Source: Acutalibacteraceae bacterium
Lineage (GTDB): Bacteria; Bacillota; Clostridia; Oscillospirales; Acutalibacteraceae
Length of the DNA stretch: 64,000 bases
NCBI GenBank assembly: GCA_045640745.1
Contig: JAZUFQ010000049.1
Span: 724 to 64,723, forward strand
Reading direction: 5' to 3'
Shown: piece by piece, positions 25,953 to 35,711 of the stretch
How the letters are laid out: every line of letters starts with the position of its first letter
How positions within the stretch are numbered: position 1 is the first letter of the stretch
The notes under the pieces: generated by a model
Told to the model about the DNA's origin: nothing
The model's database searches: none
The model's input: only the letters and a program-made list of their open reading frames with translations
Position numbers and translations under genes: made by a program

Positions 25953-27797
25953 ATGGATGAAAAAAGATTTGAACAACTGCTTTTAACAGTACAAAAGCCG
26001 GGGAGATATTCGGGCGGTGAAATAAACAGCGTTATTAAGGATAAAAAGGATATTGATGTCCGCTTTGCCTTTTGTTTTCCCGATAACTATGAGGTCGGAA
26101 TGTCGCACCTCGGAATGAAAATTCTTTATTCGCTGTTTAACGAGCGTAAGGATATTTGGTGTGAAAGAGTTTTTGCGCCGTGGCCCGATTTTGAAAATGT
26201 TATGCGCCAAAACGATATTCCGTTATTTGCGCTCGAAAGCCGAGATGCAATTAAAGATTTTGACTTTATCGGTTTTACATTGCAATATGAACTGTCATAT
26301 TCTAATGTATTAAATATGTTGGAGCTTGCCGGTGTTCCGCTTTTATCAAAGGACAGAACGGATTTTACGCCTATTGTTGTTGCAGGAGGACCCTGTACCT
26401 GTAATGCCGAGCCACTTGCCGATTTTGTTGACATTTTCTTTTTGGGCGAGGGTGAAAAATCTGATTTAGAGGTAATTGACCTTTATAAAAAGTATAAGAA
26501 AAACGGCGGAACAAAGGCAGACTTTCTTAAAGAAGCCTCAAAAATCGAGGGCGTTTATGTTCCGTCGCTTTATGATGTTTCGTATAATGAGGACGGTACG
26601 GTTAAGTGCGTAACGCCGAAAGAAAATGCGCCTATGCCGATAAAAAAACGCATTGAAACCGACCTTGATAATACATACTATCCAGAAAAGTTTGTTGTTC
26701 CGTATATCGAAATTGTCCACGACAGAGCAGTCCAGGAGATTTTCAGAGGTTGCATAAGAGGTTGCCGTTTTTGTCAGGCAGGTTTTATCTACCGCCCCGT
26801 AAGAGAAAAGAGTGTCGAAACGGTTTGCCGTCAGGCAAAAGCGCTTTGCGACAGTACGGGATATGACGAAATTTCTCTTTCTTCTTTAAGTACGAGCGAT
26901 TACAGTAATTTGGAAGAACTCTTAAATAACCTTTTGGAGTGGACCGAAAAGGATAAAATTTCGCTTTCTCTGCCGAGTCTCAGAATAGACAATTTTTCCG
27001 ACGAATTGCTCGAAAAAATAAATCATGTAAGAAAAAGCGGACTTACTTTTGCCGCCGAGGCAGGAACACAGCGCCTTCGTGATGTAATAAATAAAAATAT
27101 AACCGAAGAAGAAATTATAAATACTTGCAAAACTGCTTTTGCGGGCGGTTATACTGCCGTAAAGCTTTATTTTATGATGGGACTTCCTACCGAAACTTAC
27201 GAGGATATTAAGGGTATTGCCGATTTGGCGCAAAAAATAGTCGATACATTTTATGAAATGCCGAATAAACCGAAAGGCAAGAGCGTAAGCGTTAATATAA
27301 GCGTTTCAAATTTTGTTCCGAAACCGTTTACACCTTTCGAGTTTCATTCGCAGATAACACGGGAAGAAATAATAGCAAAGCAACAGTATCTTAAAGAATG
27401 TATCCATTCGAGAAAAATCACTTTCAGTTATCACGAAAATAAAACGAGCTTTTTGGAAGGCGTTTTTGCGAGAGGCGACAGACGGCTTTCAAGCGTGCTT
27501 ATAAAGGCGCACGAAAAGGGTTGCAAATTCGATAGTTGGGACGAATATTTTGACCTTCAAAAATGGCTTGATGCGTTTGATGAATGTGGCTTAAACCCCG
27601 AATTCTATGCCAACAGAGAGCGTTCCTATGACGAGATAAACCCTTGGGACCATCTTGACTATTTTGTTTCAAAGGAATTTTTAATAAAAGAAAACGAGCA
27701 GGCGAAAAAAGCAATAACGACACCGAACTGCCGTCAAAAATGTTCGGGTTGCGGAGCGGCGGCTTTCGGAAAGGGTGTTTGTTATGAAAAGCGTTAG
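25953..27797 (+). CDS. Radical SAM protein, TIGR03960-like (B12-binding-like N-domain)
   Basis: CIRGCRFCQAG is a CxxxCxxC motif. 614 aa. Partnered with a downstream DUF2344-like gene. Confidence 0.75.
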   Translation: MDEKRFEQLLLTVQKPGRYSGGEINSVIKDKKDIDVRFAFCFPDNYEVGMSHLGMKILYSLFNERKDIWCERVFAPWPDFENVMRQNDIPLFALESRDAIKDFDFIGFTLQYELSYSNVLNMLELAGVPLLSKDRTDFTPIVVAGGPCTCNAEPLADFVDIFFLGEGEKSDLEVIDLYKKYKKNGGTKADFLKEASKIEGVYVPSLYDVSYNEDGTVKCVTPKENAPMPIKKRIETDLDNTYYPEKFVVPYIEIVHDRAVQEIFRGCIRGCRFCQAGFIYRPVREKSVETVCRQAKALCDSTGYDEISLSSLSTSDYSNLEELLNNLLEWTEKDKISLSLPSLRIDNFSDELLEKINHVRKSGLTFAAEAGTQRLRDVINKNITEEEIINTCKTAFAGGYTAVKLYFMMGLPTETYEDIKGIADLAQKIVDTFYEMPNKPKGKSVSVNISVSNFVPKPFTPFEFHSQITREEIIAKQQYLKECIHSRKITFSYHENKTSFLEGVFARGDRRLSSVLIKAHEKGCKFDSWDEYFDLQKWLDAFDECGLNPEFYANRERSYDEINPWDHLDYFVSKEFLIKENEQAKKAITTPNCRQKCSGCGAAAFGKGVCYEKR

Positions 27798-28437
27798 ATT
27801 AAGTTTTACCAAAAAAGGCAGGGCAAGGTTTATATCGCATCTTGATATGAACAGAACTTTAACCCGTCTTGTAAGAAAATCGGGGCTTGATATTTGGTAT
27901 ACCGAGGGTTTTAATCCGCATCCTTATATGACCTTTGCGTTACCGTTACCGCTCGGATTTCAAAGCGATTACGAGCTTATGGATATAAAAATAAATGATG
28001 ATGGCTTTGATATAGAGAAAATACCCGATATGTTAAACAGTGTTTGTCCGCCCGATATAAGATTTATTTCGGCATTCGAGCCGAAACAAAAGGTTTCAAA
28101 TATCGCTTTCGCTTCTTATGATGTCTATTTTGATGACGGTTTTGAAATTTGCGAAAAGCTCTCTGAATTTCTTAAAAGTAAATCAATAATAACCGAAAAG
28201 CGCACCAAAAAAGGCGATATGAAGCAGATAGATTTAGCGCCCAAAATAAAAAAATATTCACTCGAAAAGGCAAACGGAAACACTTTGCTTAAAATTATTT
28301 TACCGGCAGGGCCCAATGACAATATAAATCCGTCTTTGCTTTTAGATGCTTTTTACGGCGGTAATAATGACTGTTATTATTGCTATAATGTTACAAGAAC
28401 TGACATTCTTGACATTTCTCTTAAACAATTTTCTTAA
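27784..28437 (+). CDS. Radical-SAM-associated protein, TIGR03936/DUF2344-like
   Basis: The N-terminus MKSVRLSFTKKGRARFISHLDMNRTLTRLVRKSGLDIWYTEGFNPHP is typical of the family. Overlaps the radical SAM gene by 14 nt. Confidence 0.7.
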   Translation: MKSVRLSFTKKGRARFISHLDMNRTLTRLVRKSGLDIWYTEGFNPHPYMTFALPLPLGFQSDYELMDIKINDDGFDIEKIPDMLNSVCPPDIRFISAFEPKQKVSNIAFASYDVYFDDGFEICEKLSEFLKSKSIITEKRTKKGDMKQIDLAPKIKKYSLEKANGNTLLKIILPAGPNDNINPSLLLDAFYGGNNDCYYCYNVTRTDILDISLKQFS

Positions 28438-28474
28438 AAACTGCCCTATTTTACTAAAAAATTGCAAAAGATGC

Positions 28475-28504
28475 TTGACATATTGCCCTTTTATACTGTA
28501 TAAT
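28475..28504 (+). promoter_or_regulatory. Sigma-A-type promoter of rpsU
   Basis: TTGACA, 18 nt, TATAAT, about 50 nt upstream of the rpsU ATG. Confidence 0.6.
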
Positions 28505-28552
28505 ACTCGTTACAAGTATAACCCCTGCTTATTGCGGAGGGAGGGAATATAA

Positions 28553-28729
28553 ATGAGTCAGGTAAAAGTTAAAGAAAATGAATCTCTTGATAATGCGCTT
28601 CGCCGCTTCAAAAGGCAAACGGCAAAGGATGGAGTTATTCAGGAAGTTCGCAAGAGAGAGCATTATGAAAAGCCCTCTGTAAAGCGTAAAAAGAAGTCGG
28701 AAGCTGCTCGCAAGAGAAAGTTCCGCTAA
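28553..28729 (+). CDS. rpsU: 30S ribosomal protein S21
   Basis: Not in the ORF track (58 aa). [70 protein letters not shown]. Confidence 0.95.
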   Translation: MSQVKVKENESLDNALRRFKRQTAKDGVIQEVRKREHYEKPSVKRKKKSEAARKRKFR

Positions 28730-28741
28730 TTTTGCATTCTT

Positions 28742-28766
28742 AAAAGGCGGTTTTACCGCCTTTTTT
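28742..28766 (+). terminator. Rho-independent terminator after rpsU
   Basis: ggcggt-ttt-accgcc followed by tttttt. Confidence 0.8.
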
Positions 28767-28784
28767 GTATTTTTGGAGATTTTT

Positions 28785-29285
28785 ATGTTACTTAAACCTA
28801 ATCTAAAACTTGATAAAATAACCGACATAACCTATGAAATGCTTTCCAATAGGGGCATATCGGCGCTTATCCTTGATGTTGACAATACTCTTTCTACACA
28901 TCACGGAATGGTGCTTTGCGACGGTCTTGAAGATTGGCTTGCTCTTATGAAGAGCAAAGGCATAAAACTGCTTATTCTTTCTAATTCAAAGAAAAAAAGA
29001 GTAAAACCCTTTGCCGAAAAGATAGGTCTTGACTTCATTTCACTCGGTCTTAAACCGTTGTTTATAGGTTATTTAAGGGCAATAAAACGGCTCAAAAGCA
29101 AAAGGAAAAATACTGCCATTGTCGGCGACCAAATCTTTACCGATGTTTTGGGCGGTAATTTTTGCGGTATAAATACTATCCTTTTAACACCAATTAAGCC
29201 CGAAACGAGTTTAAGATTTCGTATAAAAAGAAAACTCGAAAAAGCAGTTTATAAGCTTTATAAAATAGAAAACATAAAGGAGTGA
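28785..29285 (+). CDS. yqeG: YqeG-family HAD-IIIA phosphatase
   Basis: LILDVDNTL (DxDxT), SNS...K, and GDQIFTDVLGGN motifs. ATG at 28785. Confidence 0.8.
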   Translation: MLLKPNLKLDKITDITYEMLSNRGISALILDVDNTLSTHHGMVLCDGLEDWLALMKSKGIKLLILSNSKKKRVKPFAEKIGLDFISLGLKPLFIGYLRAIKRLKSKRKNTAIVGDQIFTDVLGGNFCGINTILLTPIKPETSLRFRIKRKLEKAVYKLYKIENIKE

Positions 29286-29289
29286 TACT

Positions 29290-30147
29290 ATGCCTTGTAA
29301 ATTCGGACCTGCCGGAAATTCGCTCTCGTTTACCGAGATGGGATATAAAAGCAGTTTGCAAGTTCCCGAATATCTTGTGAAAATGGGGCTTGACGCATTC
29401 GAGTACCAGTGCGGACGGGGTGTAAATATCGGCATAGAAAAAGCAACCGAGCTTGGCAAGATAGCAAAAGAAAAGGGGATAACCCTTTCTTTGCACGCTC
29501 CTTATTACATATCAATGTCGTCGGTCGAGGAAGAAAAAAGGCTTAATTCGGTAAATTATATTTTATCAAGCGCAAAAGCCGTTAAGGCAATGGGCGGAAA
29601 CCGAATAGTTGTCCACACCGGCTCGTGCGGTAAAATATCCCGTGAAGAAGCACTTTTTCTTGCAAAAGACACAATGAAAATATCGCTTGATGCACTCGAT
29701 AATGAGGGACTTTCGGATATTCATATCTGCCCCGAAACTATGGGGAAAGTAAATCAACTCGGCACGCTCGACGAGGTAATTTCTTTGTGCGAGCTTGACG
29801 AACGGCTTATTCCGTGTATGGATTTCGGTCATTTGAATGCAAGAGATTTGGGATTTTTTAAGACCTTCGATGACTATAAATCGGTGTATGATAAAATTGA
29901 AAACCGTTTAGGGTCCGACCGCCTTAAATGTTTTCATTCCCATTTTTCAAAAATCGAATACACAAAGGGCGGAGAAAAACGCCATTTGACCTTTGAAGAT
30001 ACGCTTTACGGTCCTGATTTTGAGCCGGTTATGGAACTTTCGGCAAAGAAAAATTGCAGTAACATTTTTATATGCGAATCGGACGGAACGCAAGCCGAGG
30101 ATGCAAAGACTATGAAGGACTGTTACGAGTCGGTCAATAAAATTTAA
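29290..30147 (+). CDS. Xylose-isomerase-like TIM-barrel protein (AP endonuclease family 2 / Nfo-like)
   Basis: 285 aa. The FGPAGNS N-terminus, LHAPYYI, VVHTG and DFGHL metal-ligand-like motifs are typical of the endonuclease IV-like fold. The exact activity is not determinable here. Confidence 0.55.
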   Translation: MPCKFGPAGNSLSFTEMGYKSSLQVPEYLVKMGLDAFEYQCGRGVNIGIEKATELGKIAKEKGITLSLHAPYYISMSSVEEEKRLNSVNYILSSAKAVKAMGGNRIVVHTGSCGKISREEALFLAKDTMKISLDALDNEGLSDIHICPETMGKVNQLGTLDEVISLCELDERLIPCMDFGHLNARDLGFFKTFDDYKSVYDKIENRLGSDRLKCFHSHFSKIEYTKGGEKRHLTFEDTLYGPDFEPVMELSAKKNCSNIFICESDGTQAEDAKTMKDCYESVNKI

Positions 30148-30214
30148 GATTATTGATTATTCCATATATTAGTAGTATAATGTACTTAATAATTTGTTAG
30201 GAGTATTTTTATAT

Positions 30215-31579
30215 ATGAAGATTATTGTTGCCGGTTGCGGTAAGGTCGGAGATATAATTATAAACAGCTTAACCGACGAGGGCCACGATGTTACGGCTAT
30301 TGATACCGATTCCGATGTTTTACAAACAATAACAAATATGTATGATGTTATCTGTGTCAGAGGTAATTCCGCCGACTATGAAACACTTTGCGAAGCCGAT
30401 GTAAAATCAGCCGATATGTTTGTTGCGGTTACGGGCTCTGACGAACTTAATATGCTTTCCTGTTTTCTTGCTAAAAAATTAGGCGTTGATAACACAATAG
30501 CAAGAATAAGAAATCCCGAGTATAACGGTAGCAATCAGGCGTCCGCCTTTATAAGACAGCAACTTGATTTATCGCTTGTTATAAACCCTGAATTTTTGGC
30601 GGCGCAGGAACTTTTTAATATTTTGAAATTACCGAGCGCCGTTAATATTGAAACATTTGCAAAGCGCAAATTTGAAATGATAGAGCTTATCGTTAAGCCC
30701 GATTCTCTGCTTGACGGTATTGCCTTGACCGACCTTAAAAAAGCCACATCTGAAAACTTTCTTGTATGCGTTGTAATGCGTGGCAACGAGGTACATATCC
30801 CTGACGGAAGTTTTGTCTTAAAGGCAGGCGACCGTATAGGCGTTACCGCCGAAACGGTACAGATACAAAAACTCCTTAAAAAGCTTTCGATAGTTCAAAA
30901 GCAGGTAAGAAATGTTATGATAATAGGTGCAAGCCGTGTTTCATATTATCTTTCAAAACTGCTTTTATCAAGCGGAAATACCGTCAAAATAATTGATATT
31001 GATAAGAGCAAATGCGAACTTATCTGCAATCTTTTGCCGAATGCTACGGTTATTAACGGCGACGGTGCCGACCAAGAGCTTTTAATGGAAGAGGCACTTC
31101 AAACAATGGACGCATTCGTGGCGCTTACGGGTATGGACGAGGAAAATATCCTCTTATCGTTCTTTGCTTCTTCAAAGGAAGTGCCGAAAGTTATAACGAA
31201 GGTTAATAGGGCAGAGCTTGCCTCAATGGCTGAAAAATTAGGCCTTGACTCTATCGTTTCGCCGAAAAAAATCACTGCCGATATTATCGTAAGATATGCA
31301 AGAGCCCTGCAAAATTCAAAGGGCAGTAAAATGGAAACTCTTTATAAAATCATGGACGATAAGGCGGAAGCACTCGAATTTATTGTTGAAGATTCATTCG
31401 GTTTTGTCAACATTCCGCTTAAAGATTTGAAACTTAAAAAGAATGTAATTATTTCGGGAATTATAAGGGGAAGAAAAACAATTATTCCGTCAGGTAACGA
31501 TGTTATTGAGCCGAATGACCGAGTAATCGTTATTTCGGCAGGTCAGCCGATAGAAGACCTTTCAAGGATAATTGAGTAA
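30215..31579 (+). CDS. trkA: Trk system K+ uptake protein TrkA (two tandem RCK N/C units)
   Basis: MKIIVAGCGKVG, and a second IIGASRVS Rossmann motif at about aa 230. 455 aa. Confidence 0.85.
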   Translation: MKIIVAGCGKVGDIIINSLTDEGHDVTAIDTDSDVLQTITNMYDVICVRGNSADYETLCEADVKSADMFVAVTGSDELNMLSCFLAKKLGVDNTIARIRNPEYNGSNQASAFIRQQLDLSLVINPEFLAAQELFNILKLPSAVNIETFAKRKFEMIELIVKPDSLLDGIALTDLKKATSENFLVCVVMRGNEVHIPDGSFVLKAGDRIGVTAETVQIQKLLKKLSIVQKQVRNVMIIGASRVSYYLSKLLLSSGNTVKIIDIDKSKCELICNLLPNATVINGDGADQELLMEEALQTMDAFVALTGMDEENILLSFFASSKEVPKVITKVNRAELASMAEKLGLDSIVSPKKITADIIVRYARALQNSKGSKMETLYKIMDDKAEALEFIVEDSFGFVNIPLKDLKLKKNVIISGIIRGRKTIIPSGNDVIEPNDRVIVISAGQPIEDLSRIIE

Positions 31580-31596
31580 AGGCGTGTTTTTTACTT

Positions 31597-33057
31597 ATGA
31601 ACAGAAAAATAGTTCTTCATATAACCGGCAGAATTATTCAAATCGTTTCTTTTTTGTTAATTCTTCCGATTATTGTGGCTTTTATTTACGGTGAATACGG
31701 CGACAATAAATCACTTATATCCTTTGCCTATGTTGCGGTCGGCTCATTCTTGCTCGGCAGTATAGTGAGCTTGATTTTTCCGCTTAAAAACCGTGAAATG
31801 TTTGCAAAAGAGGGATTTTTCATTGTATCTCTTTCGTGGTTTGCCGTTTCGGTTATCGGGTGCCTGCCCTTTGTTATAAGCGGAGAAATACCGAATTTCT
31901 TTGATGCTTTTTTTGAAACGGTAAGCGGATTTACTACAACGGGTGCATCCATTTTAACCGATGTTGAAAGTATGAGTAAAAGTATGCTCTTTTGGCGTAG
32001 CTTTACCCACTTTATCGGCGGTATGGGTGTTATCGTTTTCGTTATGGCGGTTATTCCGAGTGTTTCGGATAGGTCTATCCATATTTTAAGGGCTGAAATG
32101 CCGGGGCCTACCGTCGATAAAATCGTGCCGAGGGCAAAAGATACGGCGAAAATACTTTATTATATTTATATCGGTATGACCGTATTGGAAATTATACTTC
32201 TTTATATCGGCAAAATGCCCATTTTTGACAGTATTGTTCATTCATTCGGTACGGCGGGTACGGGCGGTTTCGGTATAAAGGCGAACAGTCTTGCAGGATA
32301 CAGTCCTTACTGTCAGTGGGTTATAGCCGTATTTATGGTGCTTTTCGGTATAAACTTTAATGTCTTTTATCTTTTGATATTAAAGCATACCGTTTCAGCA
32401 CTTAAAAGCAGTGAACTTTGGACTTATATTTCGATAATTTTGTTCTCAACCGCAACTATTACGATAAATATATTTAACAGTTCCGAAATCTTTTCAAAAT
32501 CGCTAAGGAACTCATTCTTTCAGGTTGCCTCTATTATTTCGACAACGGGTTATTCAACAACCGACTTTGATAAATGGCCGACACTTTCAAAAACGGTCTT
32601 GCTGATTTTAATGATGATTGGTGCCTGCGGCGGCTCAACTGCAGGCGGAATTAAGGTTTCCCGTGTTGTTCTTATATTTAAGATAGTTAAAAGAAAACTT
32701 AAAACACTTGTCCATCCGAGAATGGTTAAGGGAATTAAGGTTGACGGAAAAACCGTAAACGAGGAAACCGTTTCAAGTGTCATTATATATACCGTTGTTT
32801 ATTTGCTTTTAATTGTGGGTATAACTTTTATATTGAGTTTTGAAAAGGGCTTTGATATTGAGAGTAATTTAAGCGCAACGCTTGCCTGCTTTAATAATAT
32901 AGGACCTGGACTTGGCAGGGTAGGACCTTTAAGCAGTTACGCCGATTACAGTGTGGTATCAAAAATAACACTTTCGGTTGCTATGCTTTTGGGACGGCTT
33001 GAAATTTTCCCGATTTTGCTTTTCTTTATGCCGTCTTCTTGGCGCAAGGTGAGTTAA
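31597..33057 (+). CDS. trkH: TrkH-family K+ transporter (pore subunit), copy 1
   Basis: 486 aa, polytopic, with repeated selectivity-filter-like motifs SGFTTTG, GTAGTGGFG, STTGYST and CGGSTAGGIK. Confidence 0.85.
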   Translation: MNRKIVLHITGRIIQIVSFLLILPIIVAFIYGEYGDNKSLISFAYVAVGSFLLGSIVSLIFPLKNREMFAKEGFFIVSLSWFAVSVIGCLPFVISGEIPNFFDAFFETVSGFTTTGASILTDVESMSKSMLFWRSFTHFIGGMGVIVFVMAVIPSVSDRSIHILRAEMPGPTVDKIVPRAKDTAKILYYIYIGMTVLEIILLYIGKMPIFDSIVHSFGTAGTGGFGIKANSLAGYSPYCQWVIAVFMVLFGINFNVFYLLILKHTVSALKSSELWTYISIILFSTATITINIFNSSEIFSKSLRNSFFQVASIISTTGYSTTDFDKWPTLSKTVLLILMMIGACGGSTAGGIKVSRVVLIFKIVKRKLKTLVHPRMVKGIKVDGKTVNEETVSSVIIYTVVYLLLIVGITFILSFEKGFDIESNLSATLACFNNIGPGLGRVGPLSSYADYSVVSKITLSVAMLLGRLEIFPILLFFMPSSWRKVS

Positions 33058-34383
33058 ATGATAAATGTTAAAAAGCGGTTGCTTACATCAGAACGGATAG
33101 TTATTTTTGGCTTTTTGTTTATGATACTTTTGGGTGCGGTGTTGCTTATGCTCCCGATAGCTTCAAACGGCAAGATGTCATTTATTGATGCGCTTTTTAC
33201 CGCAACATCTTCGTCCTGTGTTACGGGACTTGTTGTAAAAGATACGGCGACAAGCTTTACACTTTTCGGAAAATCCGTAATAATTATTATGATACAAATA
33301 GGCGGAATGGGTGTTGTTACCATGGCGACACTTGTTTCGGTTGTTACGGGCAAAAGAATAGGGCTCGGCAGCCGGAATTTGCTTAAAAGTTCGATTTCAG
33401 CCAACCAAATAGGCGGAATAATAGCTTTGATTGACTATATAATAAAGGTTACGCTTGTTATTGAACTTTTGGGTGCTTTTGCGCTTTCGCTCGCTTTTTG
33501 CCCGAAATACGGACTTTTAACGGGTATCGGTTACGGAATATTTCATTCGGTTTCGGCTTTTTGCAATGCCGGATTTGATATTATCGGAAATAAACAGCCG
33601 TTTAGTTCGCTTTGCGGTTTTGTCGATAATCCGATTGTAAATATAACGGTTATGCTCCTAATAATAATCGGCGGAATAGGTTTTTTGACTTGGGAAGACA
33701 TAAAAACAAATAAATTTTCATTTAAGAAATATCGCCTGCAAACAAAGGTTATACTAATTGTAACGGCGGTATTGGTTATCGTTCCTGCCGTACTTTTCTA
33801 TGTTTTCGAGTTTTCAAAGCTCCCCGTAGTTAAGGGAATATGGGCGTCGGTTTTTCAGTCGGTTACATTAAGGACGGCCGGTTTTAATACTATTAGCTTT
33901 GAGGACATTTCGGACAGCGGAAGATTTATGATGATTTTCCTTATGCTTATAGGCGGAGCACCCGGCTCTACCGCCGGCGGTATGAAAATTACAACAGTTG
34001 CCGTTTTGTTTTCTTCGGTTGTTTCGGTATTCAAAAAGAAAAACAGTGCATCTCTTTTTAACCGCCGGATTTCCGAAAAGGTTATAAAAAATGCTGCTGC
34101 GATTTTTATGCTTTATATTACACTCTTTATTATCGGTGCGGTTATAATTAGCCGTGTTGAAGGCTTACCGCTTGACGACTGTCTTTTTGAAACCGCTTCC
34201 GCAATAGGTACGGTGGGTCTTACGCTCGGCATTACACCTTCGCTCGGTATGACCTCAAAAATCGTACTTATTTCGCTTATGTTTTTAGGTAGAGTCGGCG
34301 GACTTACCTTTGTTTATGCAACACTTGGTGCAGGCGATGTTGATGTTGAAAAATTACCGAGCGAAAATATAAATGTCGGTTAA
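33058..34383 (+). CDS. TrkH/KtrB-family K+ transporter (pore subunit), copy 2
   Basis: 441 aa with motifs SSCVTGL, CNAGFD, RTAGFNT and GGAPGSTAGGMK. The ATG comes immediately after the upstream TAA. Confidence 0.85.
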   Translation: MINVKKRLLTSERIVIFGFLFMILLGAVLLMLPIASNGKMSFIDALFTATSSSCVTGLVVKDTATSFTLFGKSVIIIMIQIGGMGVVTMATLVSVVTGKRIGLGSRNLLKSSISANQIGGIIALIDYIIKVTLVIELLGAFALSLAFCPKYGLLTGIGYGIFHSVSAFCNAGFDIIGNKQPFSSLCGFVDNPIVNITVMLLIIIGGIGFLTWEDIKTNKFSFKKYRLQTKVILIVTAVLVIVPAVLFYVFEFSKLPVVKGIWASVFQSVTLRTAGFNTISFEDISDSGRFMMIFLMLIGGAPGSTAGGMKITTVAVLFSSVVSVFKKKNSASLFNRRISEKVIKNAAAIFMLYITLFIIGAVIISRVEGLPLDDCLFETASAIGTVGLTLGITPSLGMTSKIVLISLMFLGRVGGLTFVYATLGAGDVDVEKLPSENINVG

Positions 34384-34401
34384 AACGGAAAGGAAAAGCT
34401 T

Positions 34402-35049
34402 ATGAAAAGTGTACTTTTAATCGGTGTCGGACATTTCGGTCAGAAAATTGCCGAAAAGCTTGTTGAAATGAAGCACGAGGTTTTGGCGGTTGACAGCAGT
34501 GAAGAGTTAATTAACGATATTTTACCGGTTGTAACCGATGCTCAAATCGGCGATTCAACCGACAAAAAGTTTTTATCAACACTCGGTGTCGATAATTTTG
34601 ATGTTTGTATAGTAACTATAAGGAACGATTTTCAAAACTCTCTTCAAACGACCTCGCTTCTTAAAGAATTGGGTGCAAAAAAGGTCGTTTCGGTTGCCTC
34701 AAACGATGTTCACGAAAAGTTTCTGCTGCGAAACGGCGCCGACTCGGTTGTTTATCCCGAAAAACAGCTTGCTTTTTGGACTGCGATAACCTTTTTGTCG
34801 GACAATGTGTTTGACTATATTAAAATAGATGACGAGTTTTCTATTTTCGAGGTTGCAGTTCCCGCTAATTGGGATAATAAAACCGTAGGACAGCTTAGCG
34901 TAAGGCAAAAATACGGACTCAATATTATGGCGATAAAGGACGACGGAAAGCTTGATATTACAATAACTCCCGATACCGTTTTGACAACGAAGCAAAAAAT
35001 ATTGGTTCTCGGAAGTATAAAAAATGTAAGAAAGTGTTTTGATATTTAA
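34402..35049 (+). CDS. KtrA/TrkA-family regulatory subunit (single RCK N+C)
   Basis: LLIGVGHFGQ Rossmann motif. 215 aa with a TrkA_C-like C-terminal domain. Confidence 0.8.
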   Translation: MKSVLLIGVGHFGQKIAEKLVEMKHEVLAVDSSEELINDILPVVTDAQIGDSTDKKFLSTLGVDNFDVCIVTIRNDFQNSLQTTSLLKELGAKKVVSVASNDVHEKFLLRNGADSVVYPEKQLAFWTAITFLSDNVFDYIKIDDEFSIFEVAVPANWDNKTVGQLSVRQKYGLNIMAIKDDGKLDITITPDTVLTTKQKILVLGSIKNVRKCFDI

Positions 35050-35065
35050 CTTGGCTTAATTTTGC

Positions 35066-35094
35066 TTGACAAAAAAGTTAAATTGTCTTATAAT
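35066..35094 (+). promoter_or_regulatory. Sigma-A consensus promoter of efp
   Basis: TTGACA, 17 nt, TATAAT, ending 34 nt upstream of the efp ATG. Confidence 0.7.
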
Positions 35095-35127
35095 TTATAC
35101 AGTTTATTTAATGGAGGAATATGTAAA

Positions 35128-35685
35128 ATGGTTAGTGCCGGAGATTTTAGAAATGGTGTAACTTTTGAGGAAGACGGTCAAGTGCTTCAAGTTGTTGAAT
35201 TTCAGCATGTTAAGCCGGGAAAAGGTGCAGCATTCGTAAGAACAAAAACAAAGAATGTTATAACAGGAGCCGTAGTTGAAAAATCATATAACCCGACTGC
35301 TAAGTTCCCGACCGCATATATTGAGCGCAAGGATATGGAATATTCTTATGCCGATGGCGACCTTTATTACTTTATGGATCAGGAAACATACGATATGGTT
35401 CCGATTAACAAGAGCGAAATGAGCGATAATTTTAAGTTCGTTAAAGAAAATATGGTTTGCAAGATTTTGTCATATAAGGGCAAGGTTTTCGGTGGTGCAC
35501 CCCCGACATTTGTTGAGCTTACCGTTTCTCATACCGAACCCGGTTTTGCCGGAAATACCGCTACTAACGCAACAAAGCCCGCTACTCTTGAAACCGGTTG
35601 CGAAATCCGTGTTCCGCTCTTCATTAACGAGGGCGAGGTTATCCGTATTGATACCCGTACGGGCGAATATATGGAAAGAGCTTAA
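35128..35685 (+). CDS. efp: Elongation factor P
   Basis: [43 protein letters not shown] with the conserved KPGKG loop. 185 aa. GGAGGA upstream. Confidence 0.95.
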   Translation: MVSAGDFRNGVTFEEDGQVLQVVEFQHVKPGKGAAFVRTKTKNVITGAVVEKSYNPTAKFPTAYIERKDMEYSYADGDLYYFMDQETYDMVPINKSEMSDNFKFVKENMVCKILSYKGKVFGGAPPTFVELTVSHTEPGFAGNTATNATKPATLETGCEIRVPLFINEGEVIRIDTRTGEYMERA

Positions 35686-35711
35686 TGCAAAAATTTTAAG
35701 GAGAATATATA

